A stretch of 64,000 nucleotides of DNA, taken from the sequence record SRR20825006_2271. The stretch is one strand, 5' to 3'. Shown piece after piece: positions 38,855 to 48,967 of this stretch (within the stretch, counting starts at the first letter, position 1; each line of letters opens with the position of its first letter). The notes beneath the pieces are model-generated. The model saw nothing but the letters and a program-made list of their open reading frames with translations, made no database searches and was not told the origin of the DNA. Both the position numbers and the translations under genes were made by a program.

Positions 38855-41221
38855 ATGAAATATGTTGTTGTTAGTCTGTTTCTACTAAGTGCTTTTGCCA
38901 AAGCTCAGGAGAAGGTTTCGCTTTTTCCATTAAATGCGGTTTCGGTAGAATCCGGAGTTTTTAAAGAAGCAGCATTAACCGATTTTAACTACATACAAGC
39001 GCTTGATGCAGACCGCTTACTGGCGCCGTTTTTGCGTGAGGCCGGTCTTGAACCTAAAGCGGATTCCTACACCAATTGGGAAAATACAGGACTCGACGGC
39101 CATACTGCTGGGCATTATATTTCGGCATTGTCGATGTATTATGCTTCTACCGGTAATCCAAAAGCCAAAGAGATGCTTGAATATGCGTTGGCTGAATTAG
39201 ATCGCGTGCAAAAAGCAAATGGGAACGGATACATTGGTGGCGTGCCGGGAAGCGATGCACTTTGGGCAGAAATCAAAGCAGGAAAGATCAACGCGGGAAG
39301 CTTCAGTCTAAACGATAATTGGGTGCCGCTTTATAACATTCATAAAACCTTCAATGGTTTAAAAGATGCCTGGATTCACGCAGAACTTCCGCAGGCAAAG
39401 CGTATGCTCATTGAGCTAACCGATTGGTTTCTGGACATTACAGCCGATCTAAGTGAGGCGCAAATTCAAGATATGTTACGTTCAGAACACGGCGGACTCA
39501 ACGAAGTTTTTGCTGAGGTTTATGCGATTACAGGAGAAGAAAAATACCTAAAACTTGCTGAAGATTTTTCGCAGCGCGCTTTGTTGAAACCTCTAGCGGC
39601 AAATGAAGATATATTAACCGGAATGCACGCCAATACGCAAATTCCTAAGTTTATTGGTTTTGAGCGTATCAGTCAGTTGGAAGAGGCTAAAGCCTACCAC
39701 GATGCCGCATCAAATTTCTTTGATAATGTCACAACACAACGTTCTATAAGCATTGGAGGTAATAGCGTGCGCGAGCATTTTAATCCTATTGATGACTTTT
39801 CGTCTGTGGTGAGCAGCGAGCAAGGACCAGAAAGTTGTAACACTTACAATATGCTCAAGTTGAGTAAGCTTTTGTTTGAAGATACTTCAAAAGAGCATTA
39901 TATCGATTTTTACGAGCGCGGTTTGTACAATCACATTCTGTCTTCTCAGAATCCTGAAGGTGGTTTTGTGTATTTCACGCCCATTCGCCCCGGCCATTAT
40001 CGCGTGTATTCCCAGCCGGAAACCAGTTTTTGGTGCTGTGTGGGTTCGGGGATGGAAAATCACACCAAGTACAACGAACTCATTTATGCCAAGAAAGTGG
40101 ATAAACTTTATGTGAATTTGTTTATTCCTTCGGTAGTGAACTGGGAAAAGAAAAAAGCTACACTTACTCAAAAAACAAACTTTCCTGAAGAAGTAACGAC
40201 TGAACTGGTTTGGGGCAGCAAAAAGAAAACCAAGGCAACTTTGATGTTGCGTTATCCACAATGGGTAAAGGCCGGTGAACTGAAGATTTATGTGAATGAT
40301 AAACTACAGAAAATAGATGCGACTCCGGGTTCTTATGTTTCTCTGGAGCGCAGATGGAAAAATGGCGATCGCATTAAAATGGAATTGCCAATGCACTTAA
40401 GTTTAGAAGAGTTGCCTGATGACTCGGGGTATATTTCCGTAAAATATGGTCCAATTGTTTTAGCCGCAGTGACAGGTGATGCAAATCAAGACGGACTTTT
40501 TGCAGACGATAGTCGAGGAGGTCACATTGCAGATGGTCCATTTTTACCTTTAACCGAAGCGCCGATGTTTCTTACTGAAAATGGTGAAAATCTTTTAAAC
40601 GAGATCAAGCCAGTTGAAGGCGAGCCATTACACTTTACAGCGCCTAAGCTGTTTTATCCCGAAACGTATTCAGGTTTGGTACTTCAGCCGTTTTATAAAA
40701 TTCACGAGAAGCGCTATTCGATTTACTTTAAGAAACAAACTCTTGAAGGTTTAGCTGAAGAGCAACGCAAGCTTGAAGAAAAGCAAAAGGCTGAAGCTTA
40801 CTTACGAGAGATCACATTAGATTTTGTGGCTCCGGGAGAACAACAACCGGAATCTGATCACGGAATTTTATCTGAAAATTCAAACAGTGGTTTAAATCAA
40901 AACAAGCACTGGCGCGACGCTACAGGTTGGTTTAGCTACGATCTAAGAAATAAAGAAGCTAAAGCCAAAACCTTGCGCGTGACCTATTTCGGAAAGGATT
41001 CAGGTCGCAGGTTTAAGATTATGGTAAACGGAACTACAATTGCACAGCCGCATTTAAAAGGAACTCGTGGGAATGACTTTTTTGAAGTCGATTATACGAT
41101 TCCGCAAGAACTTGCCGCAACTAATGAAATTCTAACGGTGCGCTTTGAGGCCGAAGAAGGTTCAACCACAGCCGGGATTTATGGCGTACGCTTATTGAGC
41201 GTACCCGCAACTAAAGAATAA
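38855..41221 (+). CDS. GH146/GH127-type beta-L-arabinofuranosidase
   Basis: GH..GHY.SA, EHGG.NE, HANTQIPK, ESCNTYNMLKL, FWCCVGSG.E (Cys/Zn active-site pattern). Confidence 0.88.
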   Translation: MKYVVVSLFLLSAFAKAQEKVSLFPLNAVSVESGVFKEAALTDFNYIQALDADRLLAPFLREAGLEPKADSYTNWENTGLDGHTAGHYISALSMYYASTGNPKAKEMLEYALAELDRVQKANGNGYIGGVPGSDALWAEIKAGKINAGSFSLNDNWVPLYNIHKTFNGLKDAWIHAELPQAKRMLIELTDWFLDITADLSEAQIQDMLRSEHGGLNEVFAEVYAITGEEKYLKLAEDFSQRALLKPLAANEDILTGMHANTQIPKFIGFERISQLEEAKAYHDAASNFFDNVTTQRSISIGGNSVREHFNPIDDFSSVVSSEQGPESCNTYNMLKLSKLLFEDTSKEHYIDFYERGLYNHILSSQNPEGGFVYFTPIRPGHYRVYSQPETSFWCCVGSGMENHTKYNELIYAKKVDKLYVNLFIPSVVNWEKKKATLTQKTNFPEEVTTELVWGSKKKTKATLMLRYPQWVKAGELKIYVNDKLQKIDATPGSYVSLERRWKNGDRIKMELPMHLSLEELPDDSGYISVKYGPIVLAAVTGDANQDGLFADDSRGGHIADGPFLPLTEAPMFLTENGENLLNEIKPVEGEPLHFTAPKLFYPETYSGLVLQPFYKIHEKRYSIYFKKQTLEGLAEEQRKLEEKQKAEAYLREITLDFVAPGEQQPESDHGILSENSNSGLNQNKHWRDATGWFSYDLRNKEAKAKTLRVTYFGKDSGRRFKIMVNGTTIAQPHLKGTRGNDFFEVDYTIPQELAATNEILTVRFEAEEGSTTAGIYGVRLLSVPATKE

Positions 41222-41244
41222 AAACGCATAAACACACTTATATA

Positions 41245-43239
41245 ATGATCACACAAACAATTAAAAAAGCAGGACTAGCCGCTGTACTAGCCGGAACTTT
41301 TCTGGCAGGTAATGCGCTTTTTGCTCAAAAAGAATTAACGGTTGATATGAGCGAGACCATCGCACCCATTCAACCTACGATGTACGGAATTTTCTTTGAA
41401 GATATCAACTTTGCTGCCGATGGTGGTTTGTATGCGGAGATGATCAAAAACCGTTCGTTTGAATTTACGATCCCAATGATGGGTTGGTCACAGCCTAATA
41501 GCGACAGACACTCGTATAACAATGAATCTGGCTATGCACTACCTGTAAAATATTTTGAGGGAGAAGGGAATCTGAACTTCTTGCGCGTTCAGGTTAAGAA
41601 TGCTGAAGGTTATGAATTGCACAATGAAGGCTTCCGCGGGATGGGAATCAAAGAAGGAGATACCTATCGTTTTACTTTTGATGCCAAACAAATGGCTGGT
41701 GCAGTTTCCGCAGTGAAGGCAGAGCTTTTGGATGAGGAAGGGAATACGATCGCTGAAGCTTCAATTCCGGTTTCCGGTTCAGAATGGTCAAATTATAAAG
41801 CTGAAATCGTTCCGAATAAAACCGTGATGAAAGGTTCTCTTAAGTTGACCTTTGAAGGTACTGGCGAATTAGGTCTTGATATGATTTCGCTTTTTCCAAC
41901 AGATACGTGGAATGGTCGTGAGAATGGTTTACGTAAAGATTTAGTACAATTATTATATGATTTAGATCCTGGATTTTTAAGATTTCCGGGAGGTTGTATT
42001 GTAGAAGGGCGTACACTGGCGCGTCGTTACCAATGGAAAAAAACCGTAGGTCCTGTTGACGAGCGTCCAAGTTTAGTTAACCGTTGGAATACTGAATTTG
42101 ACCACCGTTTGACTCCAGATTATTACCAGTCGTTTGGTTTAGGTTTCTTTGAATATTTTCAGTTGTCTGAAGATCTAGGGGCAGAGCCGCTTCCTATTTT
42201 AAGTTGTGGTATCGCGTGTCAATTCAATACCGGTGAATTAGTGCCAATGGATGAACTAGCACCTTACGTGCAAGACGCGCTGGATTTGATTGAGTTTGCT
42301 AACGGTTCAACAGACACTCCTTGGGGAAAAGTTCGTGCAGATATGGGGCATCCTGAGCCTTTCAATATGAAATATATTGGAGTAGGTAATGAGCAATGGG
42401 GACCGGAATACATCGAGCGTTACAAAGTATTTAATGAAGCTATTTCAGAAAAGTATCCTGAGATCATTATTGTTTCAGGAAGCGGACCATTTCCTGATGG
42501 AGACTACTTTGAATACGGTATGAAAGAGCTTAAGGAAATAGGTGCAGAGATCATTGATGAGCATTATTACAGAAGCCCGGAGTGGTTTAGAGAAAATGCA
42601 ACGCGTTACGACAGTTACGACCGTAACGGTCCTAAAATTTTTGCAGGAGAATACGCCGCGCAAAGCGTCGCTATTGCGAGTCCAGATAACAAAAACAACT
42701 GGGAAACTGCATTATCTGAAGCTGCATTTATGACCGGTTTGGAGCGTAATGCAGAGGTGGTTCAGCTTACTTCGTACGCACCGTTGATGGCACATGCCGA
42801 AGGTTGGCAGTGGACACCAGATATGATCTGGTTTAACAACTTAGAATCTTACGGTACACCGAATTATTACGTTCAAAAATTATATTCAACCAATAAAGGA
42901 ACCGATTTGATCTCGGTAAAACAAAATGGCGAAGACTTGGTTGGGCAAGACGAGCTCTATGCTTCAGCGACCTTGGATTCAGAAGCTAAGGAAGTTGTAG
43001 TAAAAGTTGTGAATACTTCAAGCGATGCTCAAGAGATCCAATTGAACTTTAAAGGAAAATCAATCAAGAATAAGGGTAAAGTGATCGTTCTAAAAGAAGA
43101 GAATCTTACGCAGGAAAATTCATTTGATGCGCAAGAGGCAATCAGTCCGTCAACCGAAGAGATCAAAGTAAAAGGTGATTCAGCAAGTTATGAAGTAGCT
43201 GCTTACTCATTAAATATCATTAGAATACCGGTAAAATAA
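41245..43239 (+). CDS. GH51 alpha-L-arabinofuranosidase with N-terminal CBM-like domain
   Basis: YGIFFEDINFAADGGLYAE...NRSFE, FLRFPGGC.VEG, GVGNE, DEHYY, GEYA, SYAPL. Confidence 0.92.
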   Translation: MITQTIKKAGLAAVLAGTFLAGNALFAQKELTVDMSETIAPIQPTMYGIFFEDINFAADGGLYAEMIKNRSFEFTIPMMGWSQPNSDRHSYNNESGYALPVKYFEGEGNLNFLRVQVKNAEGYELHNEGFRGMGIKEGDTYRFTFDAKQMAGAVSAVKAELLDEEGNTIAEASIPVSGSEWSNYKAEIVPNKTVMKGSLKLTFEGTGELGLDMISLFPTDTWNGRENGLRKDLVQLLYDLDPGFLRFPGGCIVEGRTLARRYQWKKTVGPVDERPSLVNRWNTEFDHRLTPDYYQSFGLGFFEYFQLSEDLGAEPLPILSCGIACQFNTGELVPMDELAPYVQDALDLIEFANGSTDTPWGKVRADMGHPEPFNMKYIGVGNEQWGPEYIERYKVFNEAISEKYPEIIIVSGSGPFPDGDYFEYGMKELKEIGAEIIDEHYYRSPEWFRENATRYDSYDRNGPKIFAGEYAAQSVAIASPDNKNNWETALSEAAFMTGLERNAEVVQLTSYAPLMAHAEGWQWTPDMIWFNNLESYGTPNYYVQKLYSTNKGTDLISVKQNGEDLVGQDELYASATLDSEAKEVVVKVVNTSSDAQEIQLNFKGKSIKNKGKVIVLKEENLTQENSFDAQEAISPSTEEIKVKGDSASYEVAAYSLNIIRIPVK

Positions 43240-43267
43240 ATTGTCTTAAAAAAAATCTAAAAATATT

Positions 43268-43286
43268 AAGTGTGAAATATACATTT
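43268..43286. promoter_or_regulatory. Candidate AraR operator 2 (upstream of araB)
   Basis: AAGTGT-GAAATAT-ACATTT, lying over the expected -33 region of the promoter whose -7 box is TAGATTTG (43302-43309). Confidence 0.75.
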
Positions 43287-43332
43287 TTAAATAGATTATA
43301 GTAGATTTGTTAGGCAGTAAGATTTTTAGTTT

Positions 43333-45030
43333 ATGAAAGAATATGTAATTGGTCTTGATTATGGATCAGATTCTGTACGTGCAGTTCTCATTGATGCCGT
43401 TACAGGAACAGAGATAGAAGCAGAAGTAAGCTATTATAAACGCTGGAAACAGCGTTTATTTTGTGACGCTTCAGAAAATCGTTTTCGCCAGCATCCTTTA
43501 GATCTTTTAGAAGGTTTAGAAGCAACCATAAAAGCGGTAGTTTCAAGAAGTGGTGTTTCGGCTGAAGCTGTAAAAGGAATTTGTATTGATACGACCGGAT
43601 CATCACCGATTCCGGTTACCAAAGAAGGAATTCCTTTATCGCTCACCGAAGGTTTTGAAGAAAACCCGAATGCGATGATGGTACTCTGGAAAGATCATAC
43701 CGCAATCGCAGAAGCTAATGAGATCAATCACCTTGCACGCACTTGGGGCGGTGAAGATTTTACAAAATATGAAGGAGGAATCTATTCTTCGGAATGGTTT
43801 TGGGCTAAGATTTTACACGTAGTGCGTGAAGACGAACCCGTAAAACATGCTGCATACTCCTGGATGGAGCATTGCGATTGGATCACTTTTGCACTGCTTG
43901 AAAACGTAGCCTTAGAAGATTTTAAACGCAGTCGCTGTGCAGCCGGACATAAAGCGATGTGGCACGAGAGCTGGGGCGGCTTACCACCTGAAGAATTTTT
44001 AGAAAAACTAGACCCTTATCTGGCAGAATTAAGAGGCAGACTTTATACCGAAACTTTTACTTCTGATGAGGTTGCCGGTCACTTAAGCGCCGCTTGGGCT
44101 GAAAAATTAGGCCTTTCTACCGCAACTAAAATCGCAGTAGGAACTTTTGATGCACACGCAGGAGCTGTAGGTGCCAAAGTTGAAGAGCATACACTGGTGC
44201 GCGTAATGGGAACATCAACGTGTGATATAAGCATTTCTTCACCAGATGTCGTTCACGATAAAACCGTTCGCGGTATTTGTGGTCAGGTTGACGGCTCTGT
44301 AATACCGGGCGCTGTAGGGCTAGAAGCCGGACAATCTGCTTTTGGGGATTTGCTGGCTTGGTTTAAAGATGTATTGAGTTGGCCAATTGACAACCTCGTG
44401 CTTACTTCAGCTATTCTTTCCGAAGAACAAAAAGCGCAGCTTAAAGAAGAGATTGAAGCTGATTTTATCAGAAAATTATCTGATGCAGCAGAAGCGATTC
44501 CGCATAATGAAGCGATTCCTGTTGCTTTAGATTGGATCAATGGTAGACGAACTCCAGATGCAAATCAAGAGCTTGAAGCTGCCATTACCAACCTGAATAT
44601 GGGAACACGTGCTCCGCATATCTTTAAAGCCTTAGTAAATGCGATTTGCTTCGGCTCTAAAAAGATCCTAGATCGTTTTGATGAGGAAGGTATCGAGATC
44701 AAATCTGTTGTAGGTATTGGCGGTGTTGCCCGTAAATCTAAATTTATTATGCAGTCCCTGGCTAATACGCTTAATGTACCCATCAAAGTTGCAGCTTCAG
44801 ATCAAGCTCCGGCTTTAGGAGCGGCTGTTTACGCTGCTGTTGCTGCAGGCATTTATCCTAATGTCATTGAAGCCAGTAAAACTTTAGGAAGTGATTATGA
44901 AGCAGAATACCTTCCGCAGGAAGAACATTTAGCTGAATATGCTGCATTGATGGTACGCTATGAAGTTTTAAGTGACTTTGTCGAGAAACATATTACCAAA
45001 CCGAAAAAGAACATCAAAGAACATGTATAA
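43333..45030 (+). CDS. araB: L-ribulokinase
   Basis: FGGY kinase: GLDYGSDSVRA, LWKDHTA, GG.YSSEWFWAK, DAHAGAVG, MGTSTC, EAGQSAFGD, DWINGRRTP. Confidence 0.94.
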   Translation: MKEYVIGLDYGSDSVRAVLIDAVTGTEIEAEVSYYKRWKQRLFCDASENRFRQHPLDLLEGLEATIKAVVSRSGVSAEAVKGICIDTTGSSPIPVTKEGIPLSLTEGFEENPNAMMVLWKDHTAIAEANEINHLARTWGGEDFTKYEGGIYSSEWFWAKILHVVREDEPVKHAAYSWMEHCDWITFALLENVALEDFKRSRCAAGHKAMWHESWGGLPPEEFLEKLDPYLAELRGRLYTETFTSDEVAGHLSAAWAEKLGLSTATKIAVGTFDAHAGAVGAKVEEHTLVRVMGTSTCDISISSPDVVHDKTVRGICGQVDGSVIPGAVGLEAGQSAFGDLLAWFKDVLSWPIDNLVLTSAILSEEQKAQLKEEIEADFIRKLSDAAEAIPHNEAIPVALDWINGRRTPDANQELEAAITNLNMGTRAPHIFKALVNAICFGSKKILDRFDEEGIEIKSVVGIGGVARKSKFIMQSLANTLNVPIKVAASDQAPALGAAVYAAVAAGIYPNVIEASKTLGSDYEAEYLPQEEHLAEYAALMVRYEVLSDFVEKHITKPKKNIKEHV

Positions 45031-45721
45031 ATCTTTAAAGGAAGAATGCTACGAAGCTAATATGGAGCTAGACGCTTTAGGTCTGGTTATTTACACTTTT
45101 GGTAACGTAAGCGCAGTAGATCGTAAAAATGGTGTCTTTGCCATTAAACCTAGCGGAGTACCCTACGAAACCTTAAAACCGGAAGATATTGTTATCGTTG
45201 ATTATGATAACAACATTGTAGAAGGCGATAAACGACCTTCTTCAGATACCAAAACACACGCGTATTTATATAAGCATTGGGAAGATGTGGGCGGTATTGC
45301 ACACACGCACGCAACCTATTCGGTAGCTTGGGCTCAAGCACAGATGGACATTCCTATTTTTGGAACCACGCACGCAGATCATCTGACGGCAGATATTCCG
45401 TGTGCGCCGCCGATGCACGACGACCTTATTTCCGGGAATTATGAACACAACACCGGGATTCAGATTCTAGACTGTTTTAAAGACAAAGGTTTGGATTATA
45501 AAGAGGTTAATATGGTACTTTTGGGTAACCACGGTCCTTTTGCTTGGGGTGAGACTGCTGCAAAAGCAGTTTATAACAGCAAGGTTCTAGAAGAAGTTGC
45601 CCGTATGGCGCAATTGACACTTCAGATCAATCCTAATGCACCAAGACTTAAAGATTCGCTTATAAAAAAGCATTATGAGCGCAAGCACGGTAAGGATGCT
45701 TATTATGGGCAGGGCTGCTAA
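45023..45721 (+). CDS. araD: L-ribulose-5-phosphate 4-epimerase
   Basis: TFGNVS, IKPSGV, PSSDT.TH, HTH, GTTHAD, NHGPF.WG. ATG 45023 overlaps the end of araB by 8 nt. Confidence 0.95.
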   Translation: MYKSLKEECYEANMELDALGLVIYTFGNVSAVDRKNGVFAIKPSGVPYETLKPEDIVIVDYDNNIVEGDKRPSSDTKTHAYLYKHWEDVGGIAHTHATYSVAWAQAQMDIPIFGTTHADHLTADIPCAPPMHDDLISGNYEHNTGIQILDCFKDKGLDYKEVNMVLLGNHGPFAWGETAAKAVYNSKVLEEVARMAQLTLQINPNAPRLKDSLIKKHYERKHGKDAYYGQGC

Positions 45722-45752
45722 ACGTTAAACTAATCAATTACAATTTCAAATT

Positions 45753-47402
45753 ATGGGATTAATCACATTTGCCGCGTTTACCCTTCTGGTTGCGGTTATT
45801 TCTTATTTCGCTTCGCGTAAGACTGATGAAACAACTTCTGACGGATACTTTCTGGGAGGGCGTAGTCTTACCGGACCTGTGATTGCAGGTTCTCTTTTAT
45901 TAACCAATCTTTCTACCGAACAAATCATAGGTACAAACGGGGTAGGTTTTAGCGAAGGAATACTTATTGCAGCTTATGAAATCGTTGCCGCTGTGGCGAT
46001 GGTATTTACGGCTTTTGTTTTGCTCCCAAAATATTTAAAAGGCGGAATTTCTACCATTCCTCAATTTTTAGAGAAGCGCTACGGAAAACTTACGAAAACG
46101 ATTGTGTCCATTCTGTTTTTGATGGCCTATGCGATCTCGATGCTTCCCACGGTATTATATTCGGGAGCGTTGGCGATCAACACGATGTTTGATATTCCGG
46201 AGCGTATGGGACTTGATCCTGAAGCTGCGCTTTGGGTAACCGTGTGGGGAATTGGACTTATAGGATCTATTTACGCCATTTTTGGTGGATTAAAAGCTGT
46301 TGCGGTTTCTGACTCGATTAATGCTGTTGGTCTGATCGTAGGAGGTTTGTTAATTCCTGTTTTTGGTCTGATGGCTGTAGGTAACGGAAGCGTTTTTGAA
46401 GGATTGAATGTAGTAACTACTAACCTTCCTGAAAAGTTTGAAATTCTAGGTGGACCTAATTCGTCTGTGCCGTGGACTACTTTATTCACAGGTATGCTTA
46501 TCGTGAACTTCTACTATTGGGGAACCAACCAAGCGATCATTCAGCGTGCGCTGGGAGCAAAAAATTTAGCCGAAGGACAAAAAGGTTTATGCCTTGCAGC
46601 TATTGTAAAGATATTAGGTCCTATTATTGTTGTACTGCCTGGAGTAATTGCTTTTGAATATTTCAACGGAAACCTTGACAATGCAGACGAAGCGTACCCG
46701 ATGCTTGTAAAAGCAGTACTACCAACCGCGTTTGTTGGATTCTTTGCCGCTGTATTGTTTGGTGCGATCTTGAGTTCGTTCAACTCGGCCCTAAACAGTT
46801 CTGTAACCTTATTTGGTCTGGACTTGTATAAGCAGTATTTCAACAATAATGCTTCAGAAAAACAAGTGGTACGCGCAGGAAAAACCTTCGGAATCTTTTT
46901 AGCCATTTTTTCTATGGCGTTGGCACCCTTACTTTACGGAGTAGAAGGTGGTATTTTCAACTACCTTCAAGAATTAAATGGTTCGTTTAGTGTACCTATT
47001 CTTGCGATCATTTTGGTTGGGTATTTCTCCAAACGTGTTTCAGGAAAAGCTGCCAATATCGCAATTGTCTTTGCCGTAGTAACGTATCTGGTCACGCTTT
47101 ACGTTGTAAAACCTATTATCGCCGGCAATGCAGTAGCGGCCGCAGAACTCTCTGGGGTAACTGATGCGTCAGAACTTGCAATGGTTGCTAAAGACGCGTT
47201 CCCAAGTTTCTTACATATTATGGGAATCATCTTTGTGTTGGTTCTTATCATCTTGTTTACCGTGAGTAAATTCTTTCCACGTCAAACAGATTATCTTGAA
47301 GAATACACCCGCCAGGTTGATATTACCCCTTGGAAATACTTAAAACCGGCAGGCGTTGTGATTTGTATCGCAGTGGTAAGTATTTACGTTTATTTCTCCT
47401 AA
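45753..47402 (+). CDS. Sodium:solute symporter (probable L-arabinose transporter)
   Basis: YFLGGRSL, SLLLTNLSTEQ, YW..NQ.I.QR.L; many TM helices; lies between araD and araA. Confidence 0.9.
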   Translation: MGLITFAAFTLLVAVISYFASRKTDETTSDGYFLGGRSLTGPVIAGSLLLTNLSTEQIIGTNGVGFSEGILIAAYEIVAAVAMVFTAFVLLPKYLKGGISTIPQFLEKRYGKLTKTIVSILFLMAYAISMLPTVLYSGALAINTMFDIPERMGLDPEAALWVTVWGIGLIGSIYAIFGGLKAVAVSDSINAVGLIVGGLLIPVFGLMAVGNGSVFEGLNVVTTNLPEKFEILGGPNSSVPWTTLFTGMLIVNFYYWGTNQAIIQRALGAKNLAEGQKGLCLAAIVKILGPIIVVLPGVIAFEYFNGNLDNADEAYPMLVKAVLPTAFVGFFAAVLFGAILSSFNSALNSSVTLFGLDLYKQYFNNNASEKQVVRAGKTFGIFLAIFSMALAPLLYGVEGGIFNYLQELNGSFSVPILAIILVGYFSKRVSGKAANIAIVFAVVTYLVTLYVVKPIIAGNAVAAAELSGVTDASELAMVAKDAFPSFLHIMGIIFVLVLIILFTVSKFFPRQTDYLEEYTRQVDITPWKYLKPAGVVICIAVVSIYVYFS

Positions 47403-47437
47403 TCAATATTTAAATAAAGCACATTATATTAGAAATT

Positions 47438-48949
47438 ATGAATTATACCATTGATCATCTTGAGGTTTGGTTTGTAACCGGAAGTCAACATTTATATGGA
47501 GCGGAAGCTTTAAAACAAGTAGCAGATCACTCTAAGAAAATTTCAGAAGGACTTAACGACGCTGCGGCTGTACCTGTTAAGATCGTTTATAAAGATCTGG
47601 TTACTACCCCAACCGAAATCACTGATTTATGTCTTGAGGCAAATAGTAACAAAAATTGCATCGGTTTAATTTTATGGATGCATACATTTTCACCGGCGAA
47701 AATGTGGATTAAAGGATTGAATATTCTTCAAAAGCCTGTCTGCCATTTACACACACAATTTAATGCAGAAATCCCTTGGGGCGAGATTGATATGGATTTT
47801 ATGAATCTTAATCAATCTGCCCACGGTGATCGTGAGTTTGGTTTTATGATGTCGCGTATGCGTAAAAAGCGCAAGGTTGTTGTAGGCCACTGGCAAGATG
47901 CTCGAGTGCAAACGAAATTAGGCGTATTTACACGTGTAGCTTTAGGATGGAATGAATTCCAAAACCTTAAAGTAGCTCGTATTGGCGATAATATGCGCGA
48001 GGTTGCAGTAACTGAAGGAGATAAGGTTGAAGCACAAATGCGTTTTGGGTTTACCGTAAACGGATTTGATTCTTCAGACATTGTGGCGAAGATCAATGAG
48101 ATTAAGCAAGAAGATCTTGATGCGTTATTAAAAACCTATGAAACCGAATATGAACTGCACGATTCTATTAAAGAAGGGGGAGAGAAGCGCCAGTCTTTAG
48201 TTGATGCAGCAAAAATTGAATTGGGCTTAAGAGCCTTTTTAGAGGAAGGTGGTTTTGGTGCGTTTACAGATACGTTTGAGAATCTTGGTGAATTGAAACA
48301 ATTACCGGGAATCGCTACGCAGCGCCTTATGGCAGATGGTTACGGTTTTGGTGGAGAAGGAGACTGGAAAACAGCAGCCTTGACGCGTGCGATGAAAGTA
48401 ATGGCCATTGGTCTTGAAGGAGGAACTTCGTTTATGGAAGATTACACCTACCACTTCACACCACAAGGTTCTTACGTGCTAGGTTCACATATGTTAGAGA
48501 TTTGTCCGTCTATTGCTGATGCTAAACCAAAATGTGAAGTACATCCGTTAGGAATTGGCGGTAAAGAGGATCCGGCGCGTTTGGTGTTCAATTCACCGGC
48601 AGGACCTGCGATTAATGCTTCATTAGTTGATATGGGTAACCGTTTCCGTTTGATTGTAAACGAAGTTGAAGCCGTTAAGCCGGAAGCAGATCTTCCGCAT
48701 TTGCCGGTAGCTCGGGTACTTTGGGATTGTAAACCGAACCTTGACATCGCAGCAACAAGCTGGATTCACGCAGGAGGTGCACACCATACGGTGTATAGTC
48801 AGGCGGTAACAACTGAATTTATGGAAGATTTTGCCGATATCGCAGGTATCGAATTGCTAGTGATCGACGATCAAACCCGAGTGCGTGATTTTAAGGATAC
48901 GATAAATGCTAACGAAGCTTATTATCATATCTTTCAGCATCGTATGTAA
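47438..48949 (+). CDS. araA: L-arabinose isomerase
   Basis: [59 protein letters not shown]. Confidence 0.97.
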   Translation: MNYTIDHLEVWFVTGSQHLYGAEALKQVADHSKKISEGLNDAAAVPVKIVYKDLVTTPTEITDLCLEANSNKNCIGLILWMHTFSPAKMWIKGLNILQKPVCHLHTQFNAEIPWGEIDMDFMNLNQSAHGDREFGFMMSRMRKKRKVVVGHWQDARVQTKLGVFTRVALGWNEFQNLKVARIGDNMREVAVTEGDKVEAQMRFGFTVNGFDSSDIVAKINEIKQEDLDALLKTYETEYELHDSIKEGGEKRQSLVDAAKIELGLRAFLEEGGFGAFTDTFENLGELKQLPGIATQRLMADGYGFGGEGDWKTAALTRAMKVMAIGLEGGTSFMEDYTYHFTPQGSYVLGSHMLEICPSIADAKPKCEVHPLGIGGKEDPARLVFNSPAGPAINASLVDMGNRFRLIVNEVEAVKPEADLPHLPVARVLWDCKPNLDIAATSWIHAGGAHHTVYSQAVTTEFMEDFADIAGIELLVIDDQTRVRDFKDTINANEAYYHIFQHRM

Positions 48950-48967
48950 GTTTTAAATAATCGAATT

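Noticed and set aside
41221-41244. ACACACTTATA before the second GH51, identical to part of the susC operator region
   Set aside because: Only the right half-site is present and there is no promoter box nearby; too weak to call an operator.
36817-45022. Apparent long gene overlaps from track starts at 36817, 38840 and 44972
   Set aside because: Downstream ATGs (36856, 38855, 45023) give proper N-termini and remove or shrink the overlaps; no frameshift needs to be invoked.
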